64,000 bases of DNA from the human T2T-CHM13v2.0 reference genome, Homo sapiens. The notes beneath the pieces are model-generated. The model was not told where the DNA came from. It saw only the letters and a list, made by a program, of their open reading frames with translations, and made no database searches. Every line of letters starts with the position of its first letter. Position 1 is the first letter of the stretch. The DNA is taken from assembly GCF_009914755.1 (NCBI RefSeq), contig NC_060934.1; one strand, 5' to 3'. Shown piece after piece: positions 42,706 through 56,637 of the stretch. A program made the position numbers and the translations under genes.

Positions 42706-43437
42706 ATGAACAATTAAATATTTAAACAGAAATTTGTGTTGGAGAACAGAGCAGAGAAAAGAAAGGAGTAGGGAGGTGAGTTTTCAGCATATAGCCCTTG
42801 ACAAGTGGAGATCCAGGCCCAGTTTAGGACGTGTTAAGTAAGGAAAAAGAGGAGGAGCAAGAATCAGTAGAGAGCGTGGGAGAGGCAAAATCAAAGACCA
42901 TCTGCTATTTTGACACTGTCTGGGCAACTTCTAGGGTAAGGATCTAAATACTTTGCCCAGCACTCACTGTAAACACGTCCTTCTAGTGGCTTAAAGTCTA
43001 GATGGGTGGCTATAATTATCATCAAAATATGTATTTATATAAACACAGCCTAAATAATACATATAAACATTTGTCACCGTAAATTTGTCAAATATTACAT
43101 GGTAGAACTAAAATATATCAGAGATGTTCTGTTCAAAAACACGTGCTTATATACAGAGGAAAGGGGAGCATGCTATGTGTAGAGAGGAAATCCAATAAAA
43201 ACTTGACTCCATTTATTTTTCTATTCAATATTTGTTTATGCCATGCCTACTGTGTGCAAAACATAGTGCTGGTAGTGTCTGAAGAACAGTTGTTGACCTA
43301 TGAAGCAGAAATGGAGAATGTTTTCAGGCAGATCCTAGAGACTTTGGGATGCTTATTTTTAGACCACCTCAAGAGGCCTTTGAAAGACAAACTAAACATA
43401 CTGGGTTTCATCTTGCAGGCATTAGCAAGGCGTTATA

Positions 43438-44192
43438 CAGCAGGTCCGCGAATAACATTGTTTTGTTCATTGTTGTTTCATTATAAAGCTTACCAAAAAA
43501 AGGAATAAATAAATGAATAAAAATTATTGTCAAATAAAACATCAAGTATCCCATAATCATACAAATGAACGACTGTAAATAATGCAGTACAAAGCGCTCA
43601 GTGAGCCCACTGTATTCATGATTGTGTTTGAACTGCATGGTGATGGGATATGCTCCTGACAATATTGTCTTTGCAAACATTAATTCCTTGATTTAACTCA
43701 CTATGCTGAGACTGCCATCACTCACTAATTCATGAAAAATTGAGCAAATAATTATCTGACTTGGTTTTAATTAACCCTTCTTAAATGTACTGATAGCTCA
43801 CATTTATTTCAGTGTTTAATAATGGAAAAGTTTTGGGTCTTATTTAGAAGCTTGTTGATGTTTTGTGGTCAGAAATAGGCCATAGGGAGCTGGTCATGGT
43901 GCTGCATACCTGTAGTTCCAGCTGTTTGAGAGTCTGAGGCAGGGGATCATTTGAGAGCAGGAGTTTGAGGCTATAGAGTGCTATAATGGCACCTGTAAAT
44001 TGCCACTGAACTCCAACCCATGTAACATAGCAAGATCTCATCTCTAAAAAGAAGGAAAGAAATATGCCCTGGAAACTTATATCTTGTTGATATTAATGAG
44101 CCTATGTGTTAAAATTGGTTTTGTTATACGGCATTGTACTTGAAGTCACAGTTTCTAAGAACCTATTGACAATATTAAGTGAAGACTTACTG
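43438..44192 (-). mobile_element. MER82 (Tigger family), split by a FAM
   Basis: Ends CAGCAGGTCCGCGAATAAC and GTTTCTAAGAACCTATTGACAATATTAAGTGAAGACTTACTG; TA on the left flank. Confidence 0.8.
43888..44057 (+). mobile_element. FAM (fossil Alu monomer)
   Basis: Monomer carrying GTGCTATAATGGCACCTGTAAATTGCCACTG; degenerate TSD AGAAATAGGCC/AGAAATATGCC. Confidence 0.85.
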
Positions 44193-45602
44193 TGGATACA
44201 TTTCTGAAGAAAACACATTATTTCCATCTAATATTAATGCTCCATTCTTGAAATGGCATTTTCAGAGAAGATTTCAGTAAAATGAATGTTGCTAAAAGGA
44301 ACCTATAATTCACTAAGGGAGCAATATTAATTAGAGAAATATGTGCCTCTGAATTCATACAATTTGCATTTCATTTTATGGTTTATTTTTTTGCAAACAG
44401 TTTACTAAATGATTGCAGTTGCAGATGGTTAAATTATTACCATCAGATGGCTGCCATGGCTGATATTACAGAAATAGGATAAAATCTGGTTCTTTATAAA
44501 TAACAGAAAATCAGTGTTAAGCTTAAAAAAAAAAAAGCATGATTTTCTGCTATAGCTGGCCCTTGATGTCAATGAGTCCAAGAGAAGGTAACAAGAAATC
44601 AATCTGTGGGAATGTCCATATTGGCTAGGAAAGACTGGTAAGTCAAATGTCCCTTTTCTATCTAGACAGGAGCTATCCCTGCTCTCATGACTTTCTTTAA
44701 CAGACCTGGTCAGTACCAGTTTTGGAGCAAGGTGGCTGTTAAAAGAAGATGCTAGATCTTAGATTCAGTCAACATTGACTGTTGTGACCAACTGTCCAGT
44801 CTGCCCAAGACTATCCTGGTGACAGCCAGTATCAGCATTAAGTACAGCATTTTTTTGTGAGAATGAATATAAAGGGGTTCCAGAAAGTGATGTACGTCAT
44901 CTTCCATCTGTCAGTAAAATCTGGGCATCAGTGCAATCTTTTTAAGTCTGGAACTTGCTGAGCTGTGGATTATTGTTTTATTTTTGTAGTTAGGAATAAG
45001 TGAAATAAGTTGTGTATGAATGCTGTCTACTAACACTGTTCAGGATAAAGCACCATTTCAAAAATGATTTTGCATATTAATTAAAGTCATTTCTAATAAT
45101 CTCCACTTATATAAAAAGAATTTAGAATTGCAAACTAAAGTTATAGTGATTAGCAACTAAAGTAGGGCTTCATTCCAAATTCATAGCAATGCAATTCACC
45201 TAGATGCAGACAGTTAGGCAGACAATGCGAAATCAAGCACAAAGTTTTCTTCAATCTTTATTAAACATTCGACAGATTCTTGTTAGGCCTTTTCTCTGTT
45301 CTCTCTACTGGGCTTAGGGGTGATAGTGGGAAATAAAAACATAAAAGCCTCTATAATCATAAAGATGCTAAGATTAAAAGTGGAGAAGTATGGAAGGAGT
45401 TGAGCACAAGGAGCAAACTCTTTGGGCATAGATGTGGTTACAGATGTGTGTGTAGGAAAGAAATGGAAGGCTTCCTGGAGAGAGAAAGCAATGTTTAAAC
45501 TAAGATCTGTAGCATGTATAATACCTAGTTATTTAGGAAATGTCATCATCCAGTTTTGGCAATACATTCATTGACAAGGTATATGGTGTTGAAGGAAACA
45601 AG

Positions 45603-46022
45603 CGATATGGTTTGGGTCTGTGTCCCTGCTTAAATCTCATGTCAGATTGTAACCCCTAATTCTCTAGTTGGAGGTGGAGTCTGGTAAAAGGTGATTGAAT
45701 CATGGGAATTTTTTCTCCTGAATGGTTTACCAACATAACCTTTGGTGATATTCTCATGATAGTGAGTGAGTACTCACAAGATCTGGTTGTTTAAACATGT
45801 GTAGCCTTTCCCCTTCTCTTTCTTCCTCCTTTTCCAGCCATGTGCAGTGCTGGCTCCCTCTTTGCCTTCCAACATGATTGTAAATTTCCTGAGGCCTCCA
45901 CAGAAGATAAGCAGAGCCAGCATCATGCTTCCTGTACAGCCGGTGGAATCATGAGCCAATTAAACCTCTTTATAAGTTACCCAACCTCAGGTATTCATAG
46001 CAACGCAAAAACGAACTAATAT
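45603..46022 (+). mobile_element. MSTA/MSTB solo LTR
   Basis: CGATATGGTTTGGGTCTGTGTCCC...CATGATTGTAAATTTCCTGAGGCCTCC...ATGCTTCCTGTACAGC...GAACTAATAT. Confidence 0.9.
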
Positions 46023-46419
46023 GAGTAATTTCTAAGTTTCTTTCTAGGGCACCTCACTGCATGCTGTTCTCATTGCTTATAGATAGCAGGTCGGTGCAGA
46101 AAGACGGTGAACTTAGGTTTAAAATGAAAACTACTTGACCCAGTGGCAAGGGGAACACTTATATAGGTGGCCACCAACTACAGGCAAAAACAGGTTCAAG
46201 GGTTGCCTTGCATAATGAAAGATGATAAGATCTATTTATTTGTGCAAAAGGTTTATATTCCTAAGAACAGGACATGGTGCCATTTGTCCTCTCAGTCTAG
46301 GAAAGGTGATGGGGTTCTTTCAAGCAAATAAACACAATCCTGTATTAAACTGCATTGACAGATGAATAGTACTCAGAATAATGAATTTAATAACATGTTC
46401 TATTCTGCATTTTTAGATC

Positions 46420-46853
<434 letters not shown>

Positions 46854-48589
46854 CAAGGCTACCCATACCATCCTACTTTTGCTTCTGAACTTGTCTCTTA
46901 AGAAAATCTGAACCACCTGAATAAATTTGAAAGGACTATAATCAGAATGTTGAGGAAACTTGACACAACACAAGGAAATGTTTAGCCAAGAAATAGGATA
47001 GCATACAAGAAATACGGTTTTTCAAATTTCTCAGTCTGTCAGGTGAAATCAAGTGTTAAAAACCAGAACAATGAGTAAAACAAATCACAAAACAACAACA
47101 AAATCCCTAAGGGAAAATTATGCCTAATTATTTACCGGAGATGATAGCGGTAGTATCAGCAAATTCTCTAACACTGGATATATACTGAAGAGGAAGGAAG
47201 AACTCCATTAATATTTATTTTGTCAATTAATATGAGCCAGGAACTTTACTGTGTTTTCCATGTTTCTCATTTTACTGGATGTCTGGCTTTATAATCCTTA
47301 CAGAAGATAAAAAGCAAAGAAAACATAGTGCAAACAGAAAAAGACGAAACACTAAAACCCAGGCTGCTTTCATTTACTCCTATTGGCTTGATTCCATGGC
47401 AATTAGAATGGCCGCAGTGAGCTTTTCTCTTCCATTTTATTGCTGGTATCTAGTGTTTTGTCCTGAGCCTCCCATCCCCTATGCCCTCCTCCCAATGCTA
47501 ACCACTATATTTTTCACCTAATTTTTATCTTTATTTCCTACATGTGGATGCACAGGTTCTCTTCCATTTTATTGGCTGGCAATTTTGAAATCTGTAAGTG
47601 GTAACGGGATTTGAGCATGGTTTATGTTGGCTATTATGCCTTGTCTGGGTTGAATGCTGTGTAAGGTGTAGGGATGTCTGCAAGGTCAGGCTTCAGAACT
47701 TTTATTAGCCTCGGATCTCATTTGGTTCCAAGCTACATGCTGATAGAGCCTTTCTTCTTGGTGATATTTCCTTTTGAAAGAAGATGCTTTCCATATTTCA
47801 ATCCTCAGAAGTGCACTGCATGAAGCAACACAAAAGAAATGAATCATCGTTTGCTGTTTTATCACCAAGACTCATTACATAACTAATATGGGGTTTTACA
47901 GTAAATATGCACAATGGTGTTTACAATGAGTTGACCAGTAAGCATGTGAAACTTCCATGCCACAAATTGTCTTAAATGCCATTAAAGAAGTAATGACCTT
48001 GTAAAAATCAAATGGAAAAAAGGATAAGTACTGTTTTTTCTGCTCCTAATTCATGCTTGTAACTCTGGAACTGGATGCACAAATTTTTACTACAGCCTGG
48101 TTGGTCTAATGCAATTCATGAGAGATACTGTGCGGCAATTGTATGAAAGAACTGCTCAACTCTGGGCAGCCAAGCTTTGTCAGAAGTTGCATGTATATAT
48201 AATTTGTTTTCTCAGTAACTCCTTCATTACCTAATCATCTGAGAGGATCAAAGTTCTACCTTTTGAAGATTAATGAGAAGGGAAGAAAGAAAGCAACTTA
48301 TGTGTCATCTACTGTGTACTGGGAACATTAAGCAAATTTTATTTAATCCTTACAGCGACATTACAATGAAGCATTATTATTACATTTTAGAGTTGAAGAA
48401 ATGGAGCCAAGATGATTTCAACAGTTTGCTCCCTCTGTACCTGCCATGTTGTACACACGTTGGGTTTTTCACCTTTTCAACAATACTATATGAGGAAATC
48501 ATTATCTCCATTTTGCGGTCAAAAAGGTGGTTGATAGGAGTGTTTAAAAATGTACATTTTTGACCTCTTTGAGTCTTAGTTACGTATAT

Positions 48590-48830
48590 AAAGGGTTTTT
48601 CTATTTGACACTATTAAAATTTTGGACTGAATAACTTTTTGTTGGTGGTGGCTGTCTTTGTCGTGGGGGTCTACCATGTGCATTGTAGGATATTAATTAG
48701 CATTCCTGGCCTTTGCACGCTACTATAGGCACAAGGTACATACCCCCCCACCCCCAACAATTGTGGACACAAACAAACAAAAACTCTAAACATTGCCAGA
48801 TATCTCATAAGGGGCAAAATCACCCCTATG
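48590..48830 (-). mobile_element. MER20 (hAT)
   Basis: GACACTATTAAAATTTTGGACTGAATAAC...GTGCATTGTAGGA...ACATTGCCAGAT...GGGGCAAAATCACCCC. Confidence 0.85.
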
Positions 48831-49123
48831 TAAAAGTAGTAATGCAAAAGGATAACCATTGCAAGCAAGCAACAATTCTGGGATGCTAATGGAGATCCTG
48901 AAGACTGCAAATCCTTTGGTCACTTAAATAATTACTAAGAAATCATAATTATAGCTAACATTTATTTAGTGTATGCATATGAAGTAAATACAGGTTTTTT
49001 TTGTTTGTTTTTGGTTTTTTTGCCTATAGGGAAAGTGAGGCACAGCAAGGTTAAATCATTTATCTAAGGTCGAAGGCCTAGAAGTAGTAATGTGGTGATT
49101 TTTATACACTCCACATCTTCTTA

Positions 49124-49615
49124 TGTTAGACACTCTTGGTGAACTATCCAGTAACCACTTCCAATCCCTTCTGCCTTGTAGGAAGAGCTATCCTTCCATC
49201 AGAGGGGCTTCTGATGTTAGAGATTTGATTTTCCTTTCCACATATCCGTGCCATAATCCACTAATCCATCACGACTAATGGGTTTGGCTTGTGGTGATAT
49301 GGCTGCTGGTGGTGGACGTTCTTGTAATTTTTTTCTCTTGGATGAAAGAGAGAGATGTGCTAAGTGAGGCTTCTCCTTTCCCTACCATTTAGATTCTGAG
49401 ATACGGCATCTATTGTGAATAGCACAGCAAAGTCATGGTATGAAAGCCAGGGTTTTGAAGACCAGGAGAAGAAGGGTGAGATCCTTGAGAGCCTAACCAA
49501 CCCTGGGACTACCTACCTGCAAACATCTATTTTGAGAGACAATAAAACTTCCTATTGATCAAGGCACTGTTACTTTGGCATTATTTCATTTGCAGCTAAT
49601 GTCATCTTAATTTGC
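49124..49615 (+). mobile_element. MLT1J/K LTR
   Basis: CTAACCAACCCTGGGACTACCTACCT...GAGACAATAAAAC...ATTTGCAGCTAATGTCATC. Confidence 0.65.
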
Positions 49616-49884
49616 ATGTTCCCAAGAAGCAACTATTTTAGAGATCTCTTGTTTTAGCCTTTGTAGGGAACTCAGATGCAGACTGTTGACTTAATCATAC
49701 TCCTTGATTCATGACATATAACCTTCTCTTGTTATAAATATGTCTTTATTTCTTTTTATCTATATTTCCCACCAGGAATAAATCTGAAGGTTTTGATGTG
49801 TACCTTTTTATTAGCATGTAATTATGTTAAACATTGAATGGCATTTTGTTGGCATATATTGCTAATTTATATAATAAAAATAAG

Positions 49885-50560
49885 ATGAATAATAACCAGT
49901 ATTATGGATCACTTACTATCTCCCAGGCATTTACCAAGTGCCTTTCATACATTGAATCATGTAATTCTAACAACAATCCTGTAAGATAGGCACTGGCATT
50001 TTCCTAGCTTCATGAATGAGGAAAATAAGGCACAGAGAGGTATATAAATGACACGGGGCTATAGATGTCATTCTGCTTATTACCTTTTTCACCCAGCACC
50101 TTGACTTTTAGGTCTAACCACAGTGGGGCCTGTGCACAGACTTTGTTGCTTATGGCATGTTATTCTCTTAGGCACATCCTCTACATGGACCCTTAGATGA
50201 CCTCCAAATTTCTGCCATCAAAAATAAAGGTGCATTAAGTATCCTTATCCATATGCATTAAAATATTCCTATCTATAGTATATACAGAAAGACATATATC
50301 CAGAAGTCATTTACTTTGAGTAAAATACATAACCTGATTATGCTCTGAATGGATGTGCTAGACTTCCTGACCAGCAAACATGCATGCGGATTCTTATGTC
50401 CCTATATACCTGTCAACATTCGGCAGTATCCAGCACTGTAATTTTTGTCAAACTATCTAGAGTAAAATAATATCTCATTACGTTTACATGTTCATTTTTC
50501 TAATCATGTAGAAATTCAAACATCTTCCTATGATTTGTAATAGGATTTCTCCTTAAGCCT
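49885..50560 (-). mobile_element. MIR followed by an L1ME 3' fragment
   Basis: CACTTACTATCTCCCAGGCA...CAACAATCCTGTAAG...GAGGAAAATAAGGCACAGAGAGG, then CCAGCA...CCTGTCAACATTCGG...TAATATCTCATT. Confidence 0.65.
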
Positions 50561-51066
50561 TCAGTATTTTAAAATGTAACCTGTTTTATGCCATGTGCAT
50601 CATTTTCATTCAACACACTGATGAAGTGGGAACATTTGTTCATATGCTAAATATCAATAGCTTATTTCTGAACAATCAATACATAAGAGAGTCTTGGTAG
50701 ATAAATTATAGAATGAAAGTAAATCTCCTTTTTTGAGTTGGGAAATTAAAATAGAAAATAAAGAAAAAGAAATGGGTATTTCATGGATAAAGAGATATGC
50801 TAATATTGTTCTGGTCATTGTTGTGGCTAAGATTTTTTAGTCATTTGAGTTTCATTTCTTGCTTCACTTCTAAGTGAAGGTCTACTCCAGACCTTGCATA
50901 AAGTATAGGAAAGCCCATGATGTAAAATTTTTCAGTCTGGCATAATTAGAGTCCAATAATATAAATAAAGATTCACTAACCACAAGCTGAGCCAACCAAC
51001 CCAGCTGGGACACTGTGATTTGAAAGGTACTCTTGAGAGGATGATGCTTCATATAGTCACTTCCTA

Positions 51067-52768
51067 AGGACCTCTTCAAGGAGAGCTACAAACCACTACT
51101 CAAGGAAATAAGAGAGGACACAAACAAATAAAAAAACATGCCATGCTCATGGATGGGAAGACTCTATATCATGAAAATGGCCATACTGCCCAAAATAATT
51201 TATAGATTCAATGCTATCCCCATCAAGCTACCACTGACTTTCTTCACAGATTGGAAAAAAACTACTTTAAACTTCATATGGAACCAAAAAAGAGCCCACA
51301 TAGCCAAGACAATCCTGGGCAAGAAGAACAAAGCTGGAAGCATCATGCTACCTGACTTCAAACTATGTTACAAGCCTACAGTAACAAAAACAGCATGGTA
51401 CTGGTACCAAAACAGATATATAGACCAATGGAACAGAACAGAGCCCTCAGAAATAATACACCACATCTTCAACCATCTGATCTTTGACAAACCTGACAAA
51501 AACAAGCAATGGGGAAAGGATTCCCTATTTAATAAATGGTGCTGGGAAAACTGGCTAGCCATATGCAGAAAATAGAAACTGGACTCCTTCCTTACACCTT
51601 ATACAAAAATCAATTCAAGATGGATCAAAGACTTAAATGTAAGACCTAGGACCATAAAAATCCTAGAAAAAAACCTGGGCAATACCATTCAGGACGTAGG
51701 CATGGGCAAAGACTTCATGTCTAAAACACCAAAAGCAATGGCAACAAAAGCCAAAATTGACAAGTGGGATTTCATTAAACTAAAGAGCTTCTGCACAGCA
51801 AAAGAAACTATCATCGGAGTGAACAGGCAACCTACAGAATGAGAGAACATTTTTGCAATCTATCCATCTGACACAGGGCTAATATCCAGAATCTACAAAG
51901 AACTTAAACAAATTTACAAGAGAAAAACAACCCCATCAAAACGTGGGCAAAGGATATGAACAGACAAGTCTCAGAAGAAGACATTCATGCAGCCAACAAA
52001 CATATGAAAAAATGTTCATCATCACCGATCATTAGAGAAATGCAAATCAAAACCACAGTGAGATACCATCTCATGACAGTTAGAATGGTGATCATTAAAA
52101 AGTCAGGAAACAACAGATGCTGGGGAGGATGTGGAGAAATAGGAACGCTTTTACACTGTTGGTGGGAGTGTAAATGAGTTCAACCATTGTGGAAGATGGT
52201 GTGGCAATTCCTCAAGGATCTAGGACTAGAAATACCATTTGACCCAGCAATCCCATTACTGGGTATATACCCAAAGGATTAGAAATCATGGTACTATAAA
52301 GACACATGCACACGTATGTTTATTGTGGTACTATTCACAATATCAAAGACTTGGAACCAACCCAAATGTCTATCAATAATAGACTGGATAAAGAAAATGT
52401 GGCACAGACACACCATGGAATACTATACAGCCATAAAAAAGGATGAGTTCATGTCCTTTGCAGGGACATGGATGAAGCTGGAAACCATCATTCTCAGAAA
52501 ACTATCACAAGAACAGACAACCAAACACCCCATGTTCTCACTCATAAGTGGGAGTTGAACAATGAGAACACATGGACATAGGGAGGGGAACATCACACAC
52601 TGGGGTCTGTAGGGGGTTGAGGGGCTAGGGGAGGGGTAACATTAGGAGAAATAACTAATGCAGGTGACGGGTTGATGGGTGTAGCAAACCACCATGGCAC
52701 GTGTATACCTATGTAACAAACCTGCATGTTCTGCACCTGTATCCCAGAACTTAAAGTATAATAAAAAA
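51067..52768 (+). mobile_element. 5'-truncated L1PA7-like (ORF2 C-terminal part plus 3'UTR)
   Basis: [24 protein letters not shown]..., 3'UTR GGGGCTAGGGGAGGG...GACGGGTTGATGGGTG, short A tail. Confidence 0.95.
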
Positions 52769-52859
52769 GTACCCTCAACTTAATTCTATATGCATATCCT
52801 TGTCTATGAACACACACAAAGAATCTATTTTATTTTGCCACTGACGCCTGAGAAAAATA

Positions 52860-53610
52860 TAGATACAAAAGACCGGTATTTGCAAGGAACTATAAGCATC
52901 TCAGTGTTGCTGGAGCAGACAGAGTGAGACAAGTCAGGCAAGAGGAGATAGAGGCGAGTCGAGCCTTGTGTGCTGTGTAAAGGAGCGTGGACTTTATCAC
53001 AGAGCTGATGGGGACCCAGTGAAAAGATTTAAAGGGGGAGGGTTCTGTCAGAATTGCAGCTCAGTGGATGAGGGATTTGAACATTTGAAAAAGACAGGAT
53101 TAAAGAAAGTGAGAGGAGTGATTCAGATGACCAGCAATGAAGTCTTAAGTAGAGCAATGGCAGAAGGTAAAGACAGGGGAGACTGATTGGGGAAATAACA
53201 TTAGCAGGATACATGGCTGGAAAATGAGGAGTCTGAACAGGGAGAGAGGGAAAGGGAGAAGAGCAAAATGAGCTCTAGGCTCCTGAAAAACATAAATTGA
53301 AATGCAAAGAAAAGATACAAAAAAACTGATTACCCGGGAAAGTTCAAAATTTCCTTAGGTCAGGAAGCCCTGATGCCACAGAAATGAGAGTCAACGCTTG
53401 TAACTGCTGAACATGCCCAGACACTATTGTACATGCTTTACAGAGAATAATTCATTTAATCCCTACAGAAACTTTATCTACCTTTACAGATGGGAAACTA
53501 AAATGAGGTTAGTTAGCCTGCCAGAAATCACACAGCAAAAGCATGAGTCACGTATAGGCAATGTGGTTTCAGTCTGGGTTCCAGAGGCCATACTTTTAAT
53601 GACTGCACTA
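52860..53610 (-). mobile_element. L2 fragment then MIR
   Basis: AAGGAGCGTGGACTTTATC...GATGGGGACCCAGTGAAAAGATTTAA, then ATAATTCATTTAATCCCTAC...TTTACAGATGGGAAACT. Confidence 0.6.
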
Positions 53611-54120
53611 TTCTACCTAGAGTTCCAACTTGAAAGCCCTAGCTAAGTCTCAAACCCTCCTCAACCCCACACACACTCCAGGCAAGCCTCTGGCATGGCC
53701 TTCCACCTCTCTCGCTTGCTGCTGATTTTCACCACTGAGAGGGCATGAAGGTCCAACTGTGCTAAGGCTGAGGCTTCTGGCATGGAGAGAGTGGTGCTTT
53801 ATCAGCTTCTGGGCTGTGATACAAACACCAATCCTTCCCAACAGCCTTGACAACTCTGTACAACAGCCATGATACATGTTTTTATGTACGTTTCTATTGC
53901 GGTGAGTTGGTATCCACCTGCTAAACTGGTACTTTCTCCAGGTGAGAAGAGAAAAGCCTAAAGTTTCCCTTTTTCATCAGAATTTAAATTGAAATTCAGG
54001 GCACATGCCTCTATCTGGTCAAATCTATTCTCATTAATTAGTTCAGGGGGTAGAGAGCTATAAGCCACAGGAGTTACTACTGGTGACACTGGAATATTCT
54101 GTGTATTTCTCTTCGTCATC

Positions 54121-54262
54121 TTTTTATTTTAGATTCAGGGAATACATGTTATTGTTTTTTACATGAGTACATTGCACAAAGTTGGGGATTGGGCTTCTAG
54201 TGTATCCATCACTCAAATATTGAACATTATACCCAATAGGTAATTTTAAACCCTTACCCTTC
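54121..54262 (-). mobile_element. L1PB4-like 3' tip
   Basis: TTTTAGATTCAGGGAATACATG...GGGCTTCTAGTGTATCCATCACTCAAATA...ACCCAATAGGTAATTT. Confidence 0.8.
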
Positions 54263-55923
54263 CCATTTTTATTATGCTCATTTTCAATGTTGCTGCTACT
54301 ATAGTACATTTTCTTTAATTTTATTTTATATAAAAAGTCACGAGTTACACACACACACACGTACACACACACACATCTATGTACTTGTATATATATTTCA
54401 GCATACCAATGATAGATTAACTGTGTTCAACAAAAAGAATCTGCAAAGAAAGGGAAAGCATATTGGTCTGGTTGGGGGGTGGGGACGGGTGCATCGGCAT
54501 AAACCTGATGAAAATCGATTTGTAAAGTTTGTATAATAAAAAAAGAGTATACTCAACAGGCTACTTAAGTTACTATAGGGGCCTCATAGACTAGACTGCA
54601 GAGTTGTCAAGAAAAAAAGAGTGATTGAAAATGTGTGTGTTGAAGAATGGAGAACCAATAATGTAGGACCAAAAACATTCCATTGCATGTGCAAATATTA
54701 GGATGCCTAGTCTTCTAAATACAGAAGTTGACTGCTGATTGATGTGCATTGGAGAATAAAAGGGAGATGGGAAAGTGACACAAAGTTTGATTAAATCAAT
54801 GGAATAATTTTTTAACTATTAAAATAATTGAACATTCTGTTGCAGTTTCTCCACTGCAATGAAATAAAACAAAAATAAAAAGCATGACTATTGATTGGTC
54901 ACAAAGAAAAGTAAATGTCTCTATCAACAGAAATGTGATGAACTACCTAGAATATCTGAAAAAAATTAAAGAAATTCTACTAAAACTATCCAAGTTGAGT
55001 AAGTTGGGCGAATATATATCCTGTAAATTTGTATGTCAATAGTTTGCCTATTCGCCAGGATAATTAGTTGTGTAATACAGTGGGAATCAAAATAGCAACA
55101 TAAATATGAATCACTCAAGATTTGCTATAAGAAACAGACCAATGAAAACATTTAAGAAATATAAAATATGAGAGTTTTGTTTTCAACAAGATGGTAGAGA
55201 CATACATTTCCATATCTTTGCTAATAAGTACAGTTAAAACCCTAGACATTATTTGTAAAACAAATATTAAAAGAATCAGAAAGCTCAAGAGAAGAAGAAA
55301 GATCAGCTGAAGATCTTGGGACGTCAGAAATTACATGACAGTGAATTCACTGTTTCTTTTTTGTCTCAGATATCCCAGATTTGGAGCTGAAAAAGACAGC
55401 AACTCAGAAATGTCAATGCACAAAAGAGGGGGAAAAAACAACAACAGAGAAACAGGAAAGGGACAGCCTAACTCTTTTTAGACCATAATTGGTCTATTCT
55501 AGTAAAAACTCCAAAAAGCTGTGGCCCCTCCACACCCATGCCAGCAAAAACCAAGTGGGGAGACATCCACCATGATGAAGCCCTAATGAGGGACCCAAAA
55601 AACCCACCAGGATGGTATTTAAAAAGGTCAAATGGAAATCTGGGACTTTTATCTCCACCAGCCAGTAATAACTGCTTCCCCACAGTGTCCATGGAGACTA
55701 CATAGGGATAATGGATTACCACCACACCTGGCAGTAGCAAGGTGTCCCTCTCTCTGTCCCTGCAAACAGGGATGGTGTCAGAGATGCAGAGTCAGAAATT
55801 TCACCAACATTCTGTGATAACAAGCCCACCCTCCTTGTGGTCTCAGCAGAAACTACATACTGAACTGGAACACCTGAGTCTCCACCCCCAAGAGTCAATG
55901 GAGTCAGAGTGGGGACTCTAGAC

Positions 55924-56114
55924 TTTATTTTATTATTTTTTAGAGACGAGGTCTTTCTATGTTGCCTGTGCAGGTGTACAGGCATGGTCATAACATACTA
56001 CATATTCACAGGCATGGTCATAACATACTATAGCCTTAAACCCCTGGGCTCAAATAATCCTTCTGCCTCAGTCTCCCAAGTAGCTAGAGCTATAGGTGTG
56101 TGCCACCATGCCTG
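55924..56114 (-). mobile_element. FAM with an internal 30-bp-period duplication
   Basis: ACAGGCATGGTCATAACATACTA at 55978-56000 and 56008-56030. Confidence 0.8.
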
Positions 56115-56190
56115 ACTGAGGGATCCTAAACTTTTGCTTTCAGCTGGCAGTAATGAGTCGGCACACTTTCTTCCTCTGCCATAATGGTGC

Positions 56191-56196
<6 letters not shown>

Positions 56197-56233
<37 letters not shown>
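56197..56233. repeat. (CA)n microsatellite
   Basis: About 18 perfect units. Confidence 0.97.
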
Positions 56234-56234
<1 letters not shown>

Positions 56235-56566
56235 CTAAAATAAAAGATTTAAATAAGATTCAGAGTCTTGTAATACAAAAATTTCCAACTTTCATTAGAT
56301 ATCAAACTCAATAAAAAGAACTATCAATAGATGCCAACAGCAAGATTGTAGAGATGTTAAAAGTATATCACAAATATTTTAAAGTAGCCATGATAAAAAT
56401 ATTTCAATGAGAAGTACATGCATGCTTGAAACAAGTAAAATGTCTCAGCAAAATTTCAAGCCTTAGTAATGAAATAAAAGAGATGAAGACACAAATGGAA
56501 ATTTTAAAACTAAGAAATACAATAACCAGAATAAAAAAACTTAGTTGATGGGCTCGACACAACAGA

Positions 56567-56567
<1 letters not shown>

Positions 56568-56637
<70 letters not shown>
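56568..56637. repeat. Compound (TG)n(AG)n microsatellite
   Basis: About 17 TG followed by about 18 AG units. Confidence 0.97.

Noticed and set aside
51022-51066. Possible TSD AAAGGTACTCT vs AAAAGTACCCT with ~33 extra nt before the L1
   Set aside because: Two mismatches in 11 nt and displaced from the junction; not distinguishable from chance.
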